Source of the DNA: Mobula hypostoma
Taxonomy: Eukaryota
Assembly (NCBI RefSeq): GCF_963921235.1
Contig: NC_086097.1
Location: forward strand, 248,870,001 to 248,934,000
Direction: 5' to 3'
DNA: 64,000 bases
The translations under genes and the position numbers were made by a program. The notes beneath the pieces are model-generated. The model saw nothing but the letters and a program-made list of their open reading frames with translations, was not told where the DNA came from and did no database searches. Positions 13,145 through 27,392 of the stretch are shown here, in pieces (positions within the stretch are counted from its first letter, which is position 1; each line of letters starts with the position of its first letter).

Positions 13145-15084
13145 GTGATGCAGCCTGTCGGAATGCTCTCAGTGGTACAACTATAGAGGTCCTCATCTTT
13201 GTTCTAAAGGGACGTCCTTTTATTCTGAGGCTGTGCCCTCTGATCCTAGACTCCCCCACTATGGGAAACATCCACTCCACATCCACTCTGTCCAGGCCCT
13301 TCAACATTGGATAGGTTTCAATGAGATCTTCCTCATTCTTCTAAACTCCAGCGAGTACAGGCCCAGAGTTTTCAAATGCTCCTCGTACTTTAACCCTTTC
13401 ATTCCCGGGATCATTCTTGTGCTGGAGTTAGGTTTCCAATAGTGAGGTGTTAATTAATATATGCTCCACACTATTGTGCTGGGGAGGAAGTCACACAGTA
13501 AATCAGATCCATGCTGAAGAACAATCAGGAGAGTTTTATTTGGCAAACAGCAGCCAGTTGTGGATTCAAAATACTGTTGAGGAACTTGGGCACATAAATT
13601 GAGCTGCGTAATCGGGAAAGAAATTGAACGGCGATAGAATTATGCTATAAAAGTTACCAACGTTTGCTGCAAATCACTGATTTTGTGCTCTAAATTAGCT
13701 GACTACCTTTAACAATATTGTCATTATACTAATATTGTAATGTAACGCAGGGGTTTCCTCTGGGTGTTCTGGTTTCCTCCCAGATTCCAAAGGTGTGGTT
13801 AGGGTTAGTGAGTTGTGGACACACTACGTTTGCGCTGGAGGCATAGTAACATTTGTGGGTTGCTCAGCATTATCCTTGCCGACTTGATTTGACACAACAG
13901 TGCTTTTCAAAGTTCAAAGTAGAATTTATTATCAGAGTACATACATGAGATTCTTTTTCTGCAGGCACACTTAGCAGATCTATAGAAGACAGTAACTATA
14001 GACAATGGGAACTGTTAACTGTAAACAAACTGTGCAAATGCAGATATAAATAAAAAGCAATAAATAGCGAGCATGAAATAACAACATAACAAGAGTCTAA
14101 AAATGAATGCAGCTATCTCCTTTTGTCCGAAAGTCTGCTGGTTGAGGGGTAGTAACTATTCTTGAATCTGGTGGTGTCAGTGCTGAGGCTCCTGTACCTT
14201 CTACCCGACGGCAGCAGCGAGAAAAGAGCCTGGCCTGGGTGGTGAGGATCTCTGACGATGGATGCTACTTCACTGCGGTAAAGTTTCATGTCGACGTTTC
14301 AAGTATGTTCTGATGTAAAAAGTAAAGTTGATCTTTAATCTTTATAAAGTAAAGAAGCCTTCAGAAAACTGGCAGTCTAAAATAAACAAAGAATTACTGG
14401 GAATACAGAGTTAATATTTCAGATTGATGTATTTTCATTTCAAATAATACTTACTTTTCCTACAGAACTGTGTATAAGACTGAGATATAGATATCTGTAT
14501 ATATTCTGCCATAAAGCAACAAATTCCATGACATATGTCAGTGATAGTAAACCATTATTCTCATTCACATATTTATATTAAAGGTGAAATATTTAGGGGA
14601 ACCTGAGAGGGTACTTTTAACTTCTTCCCACAGAGGGTGCTGAGGCTGGAAGATTGCCCAGCTGCTGCGCTTTGTGTCTCTGAGCTTCACGGCAACTTGC
14701 CCTGCTAGTATGATGAACTGAGACCGAGGCTTTCAGCCTGCTCCAGCCGCTCTGGGGATTCAGGCCTATGGACACCGTTTGGTCAGAGATCCTGTTGCTT
14801 GCTTCTATTTGCATGATTTGTGCTTTTTTTTTTCTCTCTTTCTCTGCACATTTTTTTTTAATTTGGATTCTTTCGGGTTTCTTGTTTTGTGGCTGCCTGT
14901 AAACAGACAAATCTCGAGGTTGTTTAACTTGTACATACTTTGAGAAAGAATGTACTTTGAAGCCTCTGGTGTGAATGGAGCGAGCTGCTGGCAGACGTGA
15001 TGCAGGTTCGATTTCAATATTGAGGAGAAGATTGGATAGGTACATTGACGAGAGGTGTATCGAGGGCTATGGTCCAGGGACGGG

Positions 15085-15910
15085 GCATAGAGTCATAGAA
15101 AAGTAGACCACAGATACAGGCCCTTCAGCCCATCTAGTTCATGCTAAACCATTTAAACTGCCTACTCCCATCAACCTGCACCAGAACCATAGCCCTCCAT
15201 ACTCCTACTATCCATGTACCTATCCAAACTTCTCCTCAATATTGAAATCGAACCTGCATCACGTCTGCCAGCAGCTCGCTCCATTCACACCAGAGGCTTC
15301 AAAGTACATTCTTACATTTCTATCCTATGAAATCGAGCTCACATGCACCACTTGTACTGGCAGCTCATTCAACACTCTCTTGACCCTCTGAGTGAAGAAG
15401 TTTCCCCTCATGTTCCCCTTAAACTTCTCACAGTTCACCATTAACCCATAACATCTAGTTGTAGTCCCATCCAACCTCAGTGGAAAAAGCCTGGTTGCAT
15501 TTACCCTATCTATACCCCTCATATCCATCAAATCTCCACTCAATCTTCTATGTTCTAGGAAACAAGTCTTAACCTATTCAATCTTTCCTTATAACTCAGG
15601 TCCTCCAGTCCCAGCAACATCCTCCTAAATTTTCTCTGTACTCTTTCAACCTTGTTTACATCTTTCCCGTAGGTAGGTGACCAAAACTGCACACAACACT
15701 CCAAATTACGTCTCGCCAACACCTTATACAACTTCAACGTATCATCTCATCTCCTGTGCTCAGTACTTTGATTTCTGAAGGCCAATGTGCCAGAAGCTTT
15801 CCTTACAACCCTCTCTACCTGCGATGCCGTTTTTCAACAAATGATAGACCTGTATTCCCAGGTCCCCTTTCTTCCACCGCACCCCTCAGTGCCCTACCGT
15901 CCACCATGTA
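15085..15910 (-). mobile_element. CR1 3' fragment
   Basis: LECCVQFWSPTY and RGNFFTQRV. Confidence 0.85.
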
Positions 15911-17898
15911 GGTCAGTGGGAGGAGAGCACACACCAGGTCAGCGCAGACTAAAACGGCCGAAGATCCTGTTTTTGTGTTGCAGTTCTCCGTGACTCAAAA
16001 TCTTCATTGATCTGGTACTCACTCTCTCTTTTTGCCTGCTACACCACTGGTGTTTGTGGCATCACTGAAGGTCCTCCACTCCTGGCTGTGTTCACTGCTT
16101 CCCTCATCATGTCAGTCGCTTCCAACTTTGCTCATACTGCGAGCTTCATGGAAACAAGGAATTTCATTGCACCCTGGTGGTTATGACAATAAACTAATCT
16201 CTTCTAGATTGATGGGGTTGGCTGAGGGCCTACAATCTTTTAAAGGTGACTGGGAGAGCAGAATAGATCTCAGTTTACGGTTTGGCAAAGCTCACCCTCT
16301 AGGTGAGACGACAACTAGAGGTCATGGGTTAAGGGTGAAAGGTGAAATGTTTAAGGGAAACATGAGGGGAAACTTCTTCACTCAGAGGGTGGTGAGAGCG
16401 TGGAACGAGCAGCCAGCTCAAGTGGTGCGTGCGAGCTTGATTTCAATGTTTAAGAGAAATTTGGATAGGTACATAGATGATAGGTGGTCTGTATTATCTG
16501 GAGTTTAGAGAATGAGGGGGATCTCATTGAAACCTATGAAATATTGAAAGGCCTCGATAGAGTGGATGTGGAGAGGACGTTTCCAACCGTGGGGAACTCT
16601 AGGACCCCAGAAGGTACACCCTCAGAATAGAGGTCCATGCCTTTTAGAACAGAGAAGAGGAGAAATTTTATTAGCCAAAGGTTGGTGAATCTGTGGAATT
16701 CTTTGCCACGGATCGCTGTGGAGGCCAAATCGTCAGGTATATTTAAAGTGGATGTTGATAGGTTCTTGAATAGTAAGGGTGTCTAAAGTTATGTGGAGAA
16801 GGCAGGAGAATGGGGCTGAGAAGGAAAATAAATCAGCCATAATGGGTGGGCCAAATTCTGCTCCTATGTCTAATAATTTAGTAACACCTATATTGCAATT
16901 TCTTCTAATGTAAAGTCTATTTTCCCATTGAATCCCATGTTGTCAGCGGATATACATTTCCACGGGATGTTTTTCCCTCATATTGAACTCTTTTATCAGT
17001 CATGACAACATGAATCTTCATAATTTAAGGCCGAGACCAACATTAGACTCAGAGGACACAAGAGACGGCGGTGGCTGGAATAAAAAGCAACTAAAAATCT
17101 GCTGGTGGAACTCAGATGGAATGTGTGGGAGGAAGGGAATTGTCGTTCCAGATGCGGAGTCTCAACCCAAATCATCGACAATATCTTCCTCCCACAGACG
17201 CTCTTGACTCACTGAGTCCCTCCAGCAGAGTGTTAGACTGGGATATAAGGGAGGGGATGCACAAGGCTTTTGGAACAGAAACAAGCTTTGTCGGTTTATG
17301 CATTTTAGACACTCAGTTCTGAAAGGCAATCAGATCTGGACATGACTCTGAACTGATCAGATATACAGTCCTTCACCACTCCCTCTCCAGTCAGCAGCCA
17401 TGACAACGGACGCCGTGGGACGCAGCACTGATGCCACCTTCATCTCAAAGCAGTTCCTCCAGCCTCACGGATTAAGGAGTTTAGAAAGTGCGGATGTTAG
17501 GGAAAGGATGCGATTCTAGGATCAGGGTCCATGGGAGAATGATAAAACGAGATCAGGAAGCAATGCGGAAGTGGTGACTTAGTGTGATGTAGCTCAAGGA
17601 TTACTTTAATGAACCACAGAGAGAGTGTGTCGTGTGTCACCTCAAATAAATCATGGCTACATACAACAGTACAACCCAGTGCAAGCCCATCAGCCCATCA
17701 TGTTATGCTAGGATCAGTTCCATTGACAACATATTGGAAAACCAATAAGAGTCTCCCTCAGTTGTGTTGAAGATGAACTAGGAATGAAGTGGTTTAAAAC
17801 CGCTTTCTATAACTCGGACCCTGACTCCGTTTGTGTTGAGTTAAAATGAGTCCCAGGCCTTTACAGATACATGAGGACTTTGGTCGAGTATAGGTCAG

Positions 17899-18677
17899 CT
17901 TAAAATCAGATAGGTGTTCCACACCAGGATGGAGTGGGTTAAAATCAGACAGGTGTCCCTCACCAGGTTAGAGTGCGTTAAAATCAGGGAGGTGTCTCAC
18001 ATCAGGATAGAGCGGGTTAAAATCAGACAGGTGTCTCACATCAGGATAGAGTGGGTTGAAATCAGACAGGTGTCCCACACCAGGATGGAGTGGGTTAAAA
18101 TCAGATGGGTGTCTCACACCAGGATGGAGTGGGTTAAAATCAGATGGGTGTCTCACACCAGGATAGAGTGGGTTAAAATCAGACAGGTGTCTCATACCAG
18201 GATGGAGTGGGTTAAAATCGGACAGGTGTCTCATACCAGGATGGAGTGGGTTAAAATCGGACGGGTGTCTCACACCAGGATGGAGTGGGTTAAAATCAGA
18301 CGGGTGTCTCACACCAGGATGGAGTGGGTTAAAATCAGACGGGTGTCCCACACCAGGATGGAGTGGGTTAAAATCAGACGGGTGTCCCACACCAGGATGG
18401 ATTGGGTTAAAATCAGACGGGTGTCCCACACCAGGATGGAGTGGGTTAAAATCAGACGGGTGTCTCACACCAGGATGGAGTGGGTTAAAATCAGACGGGT
18501 GTCTCACACCAGGATGGAGTGGGTTAAAATCAGACGGGTGTCTCACACCAGGATAGAGTGGGTTAAAATCAGACAGGTGTCCCACACCAGGATGGAGTGG
18601 GTTAAAATCAGACAGGTGTCCCACACCAGGATGGAGTGGGTTAAAATCAGACAGGTGTCTCATACCAGGATGGAGTG
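17899..18677. repeat. 39-bp minisatellite, left arm (about 20 units)
   Basis: Unit ATGGAGTGGGTTAAAATCAGACAGGTGTCTCACACCAGG. Confidence 0.97.
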
Positions 18678-20921
18678 AACACAATATGACTGAGTTCAAA
18701 TTGAAATTTGATAGGGAAAAAGTAAAGTCTGACATAGCAGTACTTCAGTGGAGTAAGGGAAATTACAGTGGTTGGCCAAAGCAAATTGGAAGGAGATGCT
18801 GGCCAGGATGACAACAGAGCAGCAATAGAGCGAGTTTCTGGGCAAAATGAGGAAGATGCAGGATAGATGTATTCCAAAAACAGAGAAATACTCAAATGGC
18901 AAAATAATACAACTGTGGCTGATGAGGGAAGTCAATGCTAATGCAAAAGCAAAAGAGAGGGCATATAAAGAAGCAAACATGAGCAGGAAGACAGAGGATT
19001 GTGAAGTTTTTAAAAACCTACAGAGAGCAGCTAAAAGAATCATTAAGAGAGAAAAGATAAAATATGAAAGCAAGCTAGCAAACAATATCAAAAGTAGATA
19101 GTAAAAGTTTTTGAAGTAAGTAAAAAAATTAAAGCAAGATGAGAGTGGATGTAGAACTGCTAGAATAAAAGGCTGGAGAAATAAAGTAGGGGGATGAGGA
19201 AATGGTAGATGAACTAAATGAGTATCTTGCATCGGTCTTCACTGTGGAAGACATGAGCAGTGTGCCAGATGTTCAATGGTGTGAGGGAAGAGAACTGGGT
19301 GCAGTTACTGTTACAAGGGAGAAGGTGCTCAAAAAGCTGAAAGACCTAAAGGTACATAAGTCACCAGGACCAGATGAACTGCACCCTAGGGTTCTGAAAG
19401 AGGTAGCATTAGAGATTGTGGTGGCATTAGAAATGATCTTTCAAAAATCATTGGACTGGAAAATTGCAAATACAGGTATCACCCCACTCTTTAAGAAAGG
19501 AGGAAGGCAGAGGAAAGAAAATTATAGACCAGGTAGCCTGACCTCAGTGGTTGGGAAGATGTTAGAGTCAATTGTTAAGGATGAGGTGATGGAGTATTTG
19601 GTGACACAAGACAAGATAGGACAAAGTCAGCATGGTTTCCTTCAGGGAAAATCCTGCCTGATGAACCTGTTGGAATTCTTTGAGGAGATTACAAGTGGGA
19701 TAGATAAAGGGGATGCAGTGGATGTTGTATATTTGGACTTTCAGAAGGCCTTTAAGAAGGTGCCACACATGAGGCTGCTTACCAAGTTAAGAGCCCGTGG
19801 TATTACAGGAAAGTTACAAACATGCTTCAAGCATTGGCTGATTGGTAGGAGGCAGCGAGTGGGAATAAAAGGATCTTTTTCTGGTTGGCTGCCAGTGACT
19901 AGTGGAGTTCTGCAGGGGTCGGTGTTGGGACCACTTCTTTTTATGCTGTATATAAATGACTTAGATGATGGAATAGTTGGCTTCGTTGCCAAGTTTGCAG
20001 ATGTTATCAAGATTGGTGGAGGGGCAGGTAGTGTTGAGGAAACAGGTAGGATGCAGAAGGACTTAGACAGATTAAAAGAATGGGCAAGAAAGTGACAAAG
20101 GAAACACAATGTTGGAAAATGCATGGTCATGCACTTTGGTAGTAGAAATAAATGTACAGACTATTTTCTAAACGGGGAGAAAATCCAAAGATCTCAATGC
20201 AAAGGGACTTGGGAGTCCTTGTGCAGAACACCCTGAAGGTTAATTTGCAGGTTGAGTCGGTGGTGAGGAAGGCAAATGTCATGTTCGCATTCATTTCAAG
20301 AGGATTAGAATACAAGAGCAGGGATGTGATGCTGAGGCTTTATAAGACACTGGTGAGGCCTCACCTTGAGTATTGTGAACAGTTTTGTGCTCCTCATCTA
20401 AGAAAAGATGTGCTGGCATTGGAGAGGGTTCAGAGGAGGTTCACAAGGATGATTCTGGGAATGAAAGTGTTGTCATACGAGGAACATTTGGTGGCTCTGG
20501 GTCTGTACTTGCTGGAGTTCAGTAGGATGAGGGGGGATCTCATTGAAACCTTTCAAATGATGAAAGGCTTGGACAGAGTAGATGTGGAAAGGATGTTTCC
20601 TATGGTAGGAGAGTCTCGGGCAAGAGGGCACAGCCTCAGGATAGAGGGGTGTCCATTTAAAATAGAGATGCAAAGAAATTTCTTTTGGCCAGAAGATGGT
20701 GAATTGTGGAATTTATTACCACAGGCAGCAGTGGAGGCCAAGTCGTTGGGTGTGTTTAATGCAGAGCTTGATGGGTTCTTGATTGGACACAGTTTCAAAG
20801 GTTACGGGGAGAGGTCGGGGAGTAGGGCTGAGGAAGGGAAAAAAGGATCAGCCATGATTGAATGGTGGTAGAGACTCCATGGACCAGATGGCCTAATTCT
20901 TCTCTTATGTCTTATGGTCTT
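18678..20921 (+). mobile_element. 5'-truncated CR1 LINE (ORF2 RT region and 3' end)
   Basis: KSPGPDELHPRVLKE, VYLDFQKAF, GVLQGSVLGPLLF, KFAD and LVRPHLEYC motifs, with stops and frameshifts. The 3' tail is TCTTATG-like. Inserted in a minisatellite. Confidence 0.95.
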
Positions 20922-21400
20922 AAAATCAGATGTGTGTCCCACACCAGGATGGAGTGGGTTAAAATTAGGCAGGTGTCCCACACCAGGATAGAGTGGGTTA
21001 AAACATGTTAGGTGTCTCACACCAGGATGGAGTGGGTTAAAATCAGACAGGTGTCTCATACCAGGATGGAGTGGGTTAAAATCAGACAGGTGTCTCACAT
21101 GAGGATGGAGTGGGTTAAAATCAGACAGGTGTCTCATACCAGGATGGAGTGAGTTAAAATCAGACAGGTGTCTCATACCAGGATGGAGTGGGTTAAAATC
21201 AGACAGGTGTCTCATACCAGGATGGAGTGGGTTAAAATCAGACAGGTGTCTCACATCAGGATGGAGTGGGTTAAAATCAGACAGGTGTCTCATACCAGGA
21301 TGGAGTGGGTTAAAATCAGGCAGGTGTTTCAAACCAGAATGTATTGGATAAAGTCAAGCAGGTGTGCCAAACCAGGATGGACCGGGTTAAAATCAGGTAG
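20920..21400. repeat. 39-bp minisatellite, right arm (about 12 units)
   Basis: Same unit as 17899-18677, decaying at the right end. Confidence 0.97.
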
Positions 21401-21974
21401 ATGTAAATCAGGAACCTAACCCTGGTTAAACTGTGTTAAAAGCTGGACCTTGGCATTTTCCTTCGAGATACGTGCAGATGTTGCTCTTATCTGAGGCAGA
21501 ATGTCATGGGTGCCACTTTCTGCATCCAGATCTTTCATCTGTAACCAGTGATCCTGTTTTTCCAAATGGTGATGAATTTGTGTTTATTCGAGCACAGTAA
21601 CTAAGAAATGCAGTCTGAATCCACAGCCAATCACTGATGACATTGTGGTTGAGTTTGGTCTTAAAGTGGCACACACAAAATGCTGGAAGCACTCAGCAGG
21701 TCAGGCAACATCTATGGAAAAGAGTAAACAGTTGACATTCACTTTTTCCATAGATGCTGTCTGGCCAGCTGAGCTCCTCCAGAATTTTGATTTCCAGAAT
21801 CTACATATCGTGTTTGGTCTTAAAGTGCCTGATGCACTGAGGCAGCAGAGGGCAGTAGAAGATAAAGACAGACTACAGTTCCTGCTTCAGACCTCGTCCT
21901 CTCGGTTAACACAAGTATTGCCACGTCAGATTTAATACTCTCCCAACATTTTGTAGAAAGAGAGTGTATGAGAG

Positions 21975-22800
21975 GGGATGACACCACAGTTGTGGGTGTA
22001 GTGGACAGCAAGAAAGACTATCAAAGCTTGCAGCAGGATCTGGACCAGCTGGAAAAATGGGATGAAAACTGGCAAATGGAATTTAATGCAGATAGGTGTG
22101 AGACTTGTACATTGGGAGGACTTACACGGCACAGCAGGCCACTAGGGAGTGTGGTACAACAGAGGAATTTGGGAACACAGATCCATAATTCCTTGAAATT
22201 GCTGTCACAGGTAGGCAGGGACAGAAAGAGAGCTTTTAGCACGTTGGCCTTCATAATTCAAAGTATTAAGTGCAGGAGTTGGAATGTTATATTGAAGTTG
22301 TATCAGATGTTGGTGAGGACAAAATTGGAGTATTGTGTGCAGTTCTGGTCACCTACATACAGGAAAAATATTAATAAGATTGAAAGAGTGCAGGGAAAAT
22401 TTACAAGGATGTTGCCGGGACTTGAAGTTCTGAGTTTAGGAAAAGTTTGAACGATAGGACTTTAATAGTCAGAGTATAGGCAAATGAGGGGATGATTGGT
22501 AGAGGTGTACAGAATTATGAGAGGTATAGACAGGGCAAATGCAAGCAGGTTTTTTTCACTGAGGTTGAGTGGGACTACAACTAGAGGTCATGGAGTAAGG
22601 GTGAAAGGTGAAATGTTTAAGGGGAACTTGAGAGGAAACTCTTTGACTCAGAGGGTAGTGAGCGTGGAATGAACTGCCAGCGGAAGTGGTAGATGCGGAT
22701 TTGATTTCAATACATAAGAGGAACTTGGATAAGTACATGAATGGCAGGGATATGGAGGGCTTTGGTCCTGATGTGGGTCATTAGGACTAGGCAGAATAAC
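21975..22800 (+). mobile_element. CR1 LINE 3' fragment
   Basis: DDTTVVGVVDS...WQMEFN...LEYCVQFWSP. Confidence 0.88.
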
Positions 22801-23114
22801 ACTGCAAGCATATATTCAAAGATGGCCCTGACATATTCACAGCAATGGGTCCGGAGTTCAGTAAGAGGAGGGGGAGGTTGCTATTACACTGGGAGAGAGG
22901 TCTGAGAGCAGGGAGATTGGGGGGGGGGGGGGTCATGGATTCAGGACCTCAATGTTCAAAAGTTCAAAGTAGTTTATTATCAGAGTATGTCATGATAAAT
23001 GCCCATGAGAAATAGAAGTAGAATTAGGCATTCAGCCCATCGAGTCTCGAGTCTGCTCCGCCATTCCGTCAAGGCTGATTTGTCATCCCGCTAAACCTCA
23101 CTTTTTTTTATACA

Positions 23115-24700
23115 GTCATAGAACAACACAGCACAGAAACAGGCCCTTTGGCCCATCTAGGCTGTGCCAAACCTTTTAACCTGCCTACTCCCATCGACCT
23201 GCCCCGGGACCATAGCCCACCATACCCCTTCCATCCAGGTATCCATCCAAATTTCTCAGGAATGTTGAAATTGAACCTGTATCCACCACTTCCTCTGGCA
23301 GATCGTTCCACACTCTCACCACCCTCTTGGTGAACAAGTTTCCCCTCATGTTCCTCTCAAACATTTCGCCTTTCACCCTTAACCTATGACCTCTAGTTGT
23401 AGTCTCACTCAACCTGCTTGCATTTACCATATCTATAACCTTATAATTTTGTATACTTCTATCAAAGTCTCCCCTCTGTTATCCTTGCCTTTTATTCTGA
23501 TAGGAACATACAAACAATGTAGTCTCAAATTTTCAATTTTGAAGGCCTCCCATTTACCAAGTATGCCTTTGCTAGAAAACATCCTGTCCCAATCCACACT
23601 TCCCAGATCCTTCCTGATAACATCAGAATTGGTCTGTCTCCAATTTAGAATCTCAATCCAAGGACCAGACCTGTCCTTTTCCATAATTACCTCGAAAATA
23701 ATGGCCTTGTGATCACTGGATGCAAAACGCTGCCCTGCACAAACCTTTGTCTCCTGCCCTGCCTCATTCCCAGATCAAATATCACACACTCTCTTGTTGG
23801 GACTTCAATATACGGATTAAGGAAACCTTCCTGAACACATTTGACAAACTCTATCCCATTCAGTCCTTTTACAGTATGGGAGTCCCAGTCAATATGTGGA
23901 AAGTTAAAATCACCTCCTATACCAACTTTATGTTTCCTGCAACAGTATCTGTACAAATTTGCTCCTCTAAATTCCACAGACTGTTGGGTAGTCTGTAATA
24001 TAATCCCACTAACCTTTCTTTTTCCTCAGTTCTACCCATAAAGGCTCAGTAAATGAGTTCTCCAGTCTGTCCTGACTGAATACCTGCCGTGACATTTTCC
24101 TGACTAGTAATGCCACCCGTCTCCCTTTAATCCCTCCCATCCTAAAACAGCGAAACCCTGGGACATTGAGTTTCCAGTTCTGCCCCTCCCACAGCCAAGT
24201 CTCACTCACAGCTAGTGGGCAGCACGGTAGTGTAGTGGTCAGCACAACGCTTTACAGTAGCAGCGACCCGGGTTCAATTCCCACCGCTGTCTGTAAGGAG
24301 TTTGTACGTTCTCACCGTGACTGTGTGGGTTTCCTCCGGGTGCCCCGGTTTCCTCCCACAGTCCTGGTTGGTAGGTTAATTGGCTATTGTAAATTGTCCT
24401 GTGATTAGGCTGGGAATAAACTGGAGGGTTGCTGGGTGGTGCAGCTCGAAGAGCTGGTAAGGGCGACTCCACCTATAATCTCAATAAATAAATAAATAAA
24501 CATTGTCAGAATTCCATTTGCTGACCCGTGTCCTGAGCTGTTCTGCCTTTCCTGCAATACTCCTTGCATTGAAATATACACAGTTTAGAACATTAGTGCC
24601 ACCATGCTCAGCCTTTTCATTCCTGGCCTTGTATGTAGGCTGAACAACATCCTTCTCCACAATCACTCCACCATCTATTGTGGCGCACTGGTTCCCATCC
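23115..24700 (-). mobile_element. Internally deleted CR1 LINE (APE + 3' end) interrupted by a SINE
   Basis: CVYFNARSIAGK, VSETWL and GGDFNFPHIDW on the minus strand. A SINE is inserted at about 24215-24500. Confidence 0.82.
24215..24500 (+). mobile_element. tRNA-derived V-SINE (representative; copies near 250-375, 2553-3090, 3810-4005, 26395-26620, 47480-47670, 53674-53800, 56780-57060)
   Basis: A box TAGTGTAGTGG, B box GGTTCAATTCC, central GGGTTTCCTCCGGGTG...TTTCCTCCCAC domain and an (AATA)n tail. Confidence 0.8.
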
Positions 24701-26659
24701 CACGTTCTTGTGCCTTCTCCCTGTAACCTTTGACACCCGGTCAAGAACCTATCAATCTCTGTTTTAAATATACCCAATAACTTGGCCTCCGCAGCCGTCT
24801 GTGGCACTGTAAAATGTGGGGAGATTTGATAGAGAATATCAAGTACCTCTTTAGGAGAGGTATAGATAGAGTGAAAGAAAGTCAGATTTTTTCCCTCAGT
24901 TTGGATGAGGCTAGAGCTAGAAGTCAAAAGTTAAGGATGAAAGGCGAGATCTTTCAGAGAAACCTGACGGGAAACTTCTTTATGCTACCTTGAGATTCAT
25001 TTTCTTGCAGACATTTACAAGAAAGGAAAACTACAATTCAATTTATGATAAACCACACTTAACAAAGACTTGTAAACATTCAATGCGTAAAAGAGGACAA
25101 ATTTTGCAAATAATAAATAAAATAATAAAAAGTACTACTGAGTTGTAGAATTTAAGGGTAATACCTGTCAGTTCCACATAGAAGTTCTGAAGATTAACTT
25201 CATTTGACTGACGTATATTGAAATATCAAAACACTGTGAAATGTGTCATTTGTGTTCACAACCAACACAGTCCAAGGGTGGGGTAAATGCAAACAAGCTA
25301 TTTCCACTGAGATTGGATGAGACTACAACTAGAGGTCATGGGTTAAGGGTGAAAGGTGAAAAGTTTAAGGTGAACACCAAGGGAAACTCCTTCACTCAGA
25401 GGGTGGTGGGAGTGTGGAATGGGCTGCCAGCGCAAGTGGTGCATGCAAGCTTGATTTCAACGTTGAAGAGAAGTTTGAATAGGTTCATGGATGGGAGGGG
25501 TATGGAGGGGTATGGTCCAGGTGCAGGTCGATGGGACTCGACAGTTTAAGTGGTTTAACATGGACTAGATGGACGAAGGGCCTGTTCCTGTGTTGTATAT
25601 TTCCGGGATTATGACTTGAAGAATTATTTTGTGTTTTTGATGCCACAGGATGCCCCAGTGCACCCTTTGTCACCTCTGTTTTTAAGACCATAAGATACAG
25701 GAGCAGAATTAGGCCATTTGACCCATCAAGTCTGCTCTGCTATTCAATCATGGCTGATCCATTTTCCCTCTCAGCCTCAATCTCCTGCCTTCTTCCTGTA
25801 TCCCGTAATGCCCTGACTAATTAAGAATCTGTCAACCTCTGCCTTAAATATACCCAATGACTTGGCCTCTACAGCCAGCTGTGGCAAAGAATTCCACAGA
25901 TTCCCCACTCTCTGACGAAAGAAATTCTTCCTCATCTCCGTTCGAAAAGGACACCCCTCTATGTGTCCCCTGGTCTTAGACTCCCACAGCATATAACAAG
26001 TAAGGGTGCCCAGAGGACCTAGAAAGTGTAAATACTACCTTGTACATGCTGTTTTGAAAGTGCTGTTAACTGTGGTGTTGTTCTGAGGAACATTGTGAGC
26101 ACGCTGTGTTGAGCATGTATATGTGATAAATAAATCTGAATCCGAAATATTGATAATCATTATTTCCAAACAAACATTTCAAGAACAGTTTCTTCCCCTT
26201 TGCTATCAGATTTCTGAATGGACACTGAATCCATGAACACAGTATTTTTCCTTCTCTTTTTGCACTACATACTTAATGTTTTAAAATATACTCCTTGTTG
26301 TAATTTGTAGTCTTTAATTACTATATATTGCAATGTACTGCTTCTGCAAACAACAAATTTCACAACGCACGCATGTCAGCGCTACACTTCGCACTACAGG
26401 TGGGTTTAATTCCCGCTGCTGTCTGTGAGGAGTTCGCACGCTCTCCCCGTGACCGCGTGGCTTTCCTCCGGGTGCTCCGGTTTCCTCCCACAGTCCAAAG
26501 ATGGACCGATTGACCAGCGGACCTCCCATGACGCGCGTGACACCGACTCATGGGATTAAGTCGGGGATTGCCTGCTGGCATAGCTCAGAGGGCCGATTCC
26601 CTGCTGCCTCTCAATAAATCAATGAAGTTATATGTGTATATATATCTTTCTCTCCCCCC

Positions 26660-27392
26660 TTATGGGTGGTGTGTGTGTGTATATTTTTCCCTCAATCTCG
26701 GGTCCTCTACCAGAGGCCTGGGAGCTCGAGGGTTCAGCACAGTATCCTTGCTGTTCCTAGTCGTGCGCTCTTCTCTACCGAGATCTCGGATGTTGTTCCC
26801 GGGATTTGTTGGAGCCACTCTCCCAGTCCAGGTGTCACAGCTCCAAGTGCTCCTATCACCACCAGGATTACTCTGGCTTTAACCTTCCACATCCTCTCTA
26901 TCTGCTCTCTCAAGCCCCGGGATTTCTCCAGCTTCTCACGTTCTCTCTTCCTGATGTTCCTGTCATTCGGGATTGCCACATCTATTACAACTGCTTTCCT
27001 CTGTTCCTGGTCCAGTGTTACTACGTCTGGTTGGTTGGCCAGTACCTGCTTATCAGTCGGTATTTGGAAGTCCCACAGGATCTCAGCTCAGTCATTCTCC
27101 ATGACCTTCCCATGTGTTTCCCATTCGGACTTGGGAGTGTCCAATCCAGACTCCGTGCAGATGTTCCCCTACACAATTCCTGCAACTGGGGTGTGCGGTT
27201 CAGTGTATGCTGTCCCTGCCTGCATCTTGCACCCTGCTAACGTGTGCTGGATGGTTTCAGCAGATTGCTTGCTCAGTCTGCATCTTGAGTCTTGTCTGGT
27301 GTGATGGAGCCCTGTTTCTATTGCTCTTGTGGTCAGCACCTGTTCCTGTGCAGACACGAGCAGCACCTCTGTGCTGTCCCTCAGCCCTGCCA
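26660..27392 (-). mobile_element. R4/Dong(Rex6)-clade non-LTR retrotransposon 3' fragment (restriction-like endonuclease)
   Basis: SRCRLSKQSAETIQHTLAGC (degenerate CCHC), LWDFQIPTDKQVLANQPDVV...VVIDVAIP (PD..D), EKLEK and VVIGALGAV. Confidence 0.82.

Noticed and set aside
17914..18735. 254/255-aa repetitive ORFs on both strands
   Set aside because: The unit length (39) is divisible by 3, the array is split by a LINE, and there is no exon signal.
19202..20871. Functional reverse transcriptase gene
   Set aside because: It is a 5'-truncated CR1 with stops, a frameshift and FADV in place of FADD.
24215..24290. tRNA gene
   Set aside because: The A/B boxes continue into a SINE body and tail, and the sequence is multi-copy.
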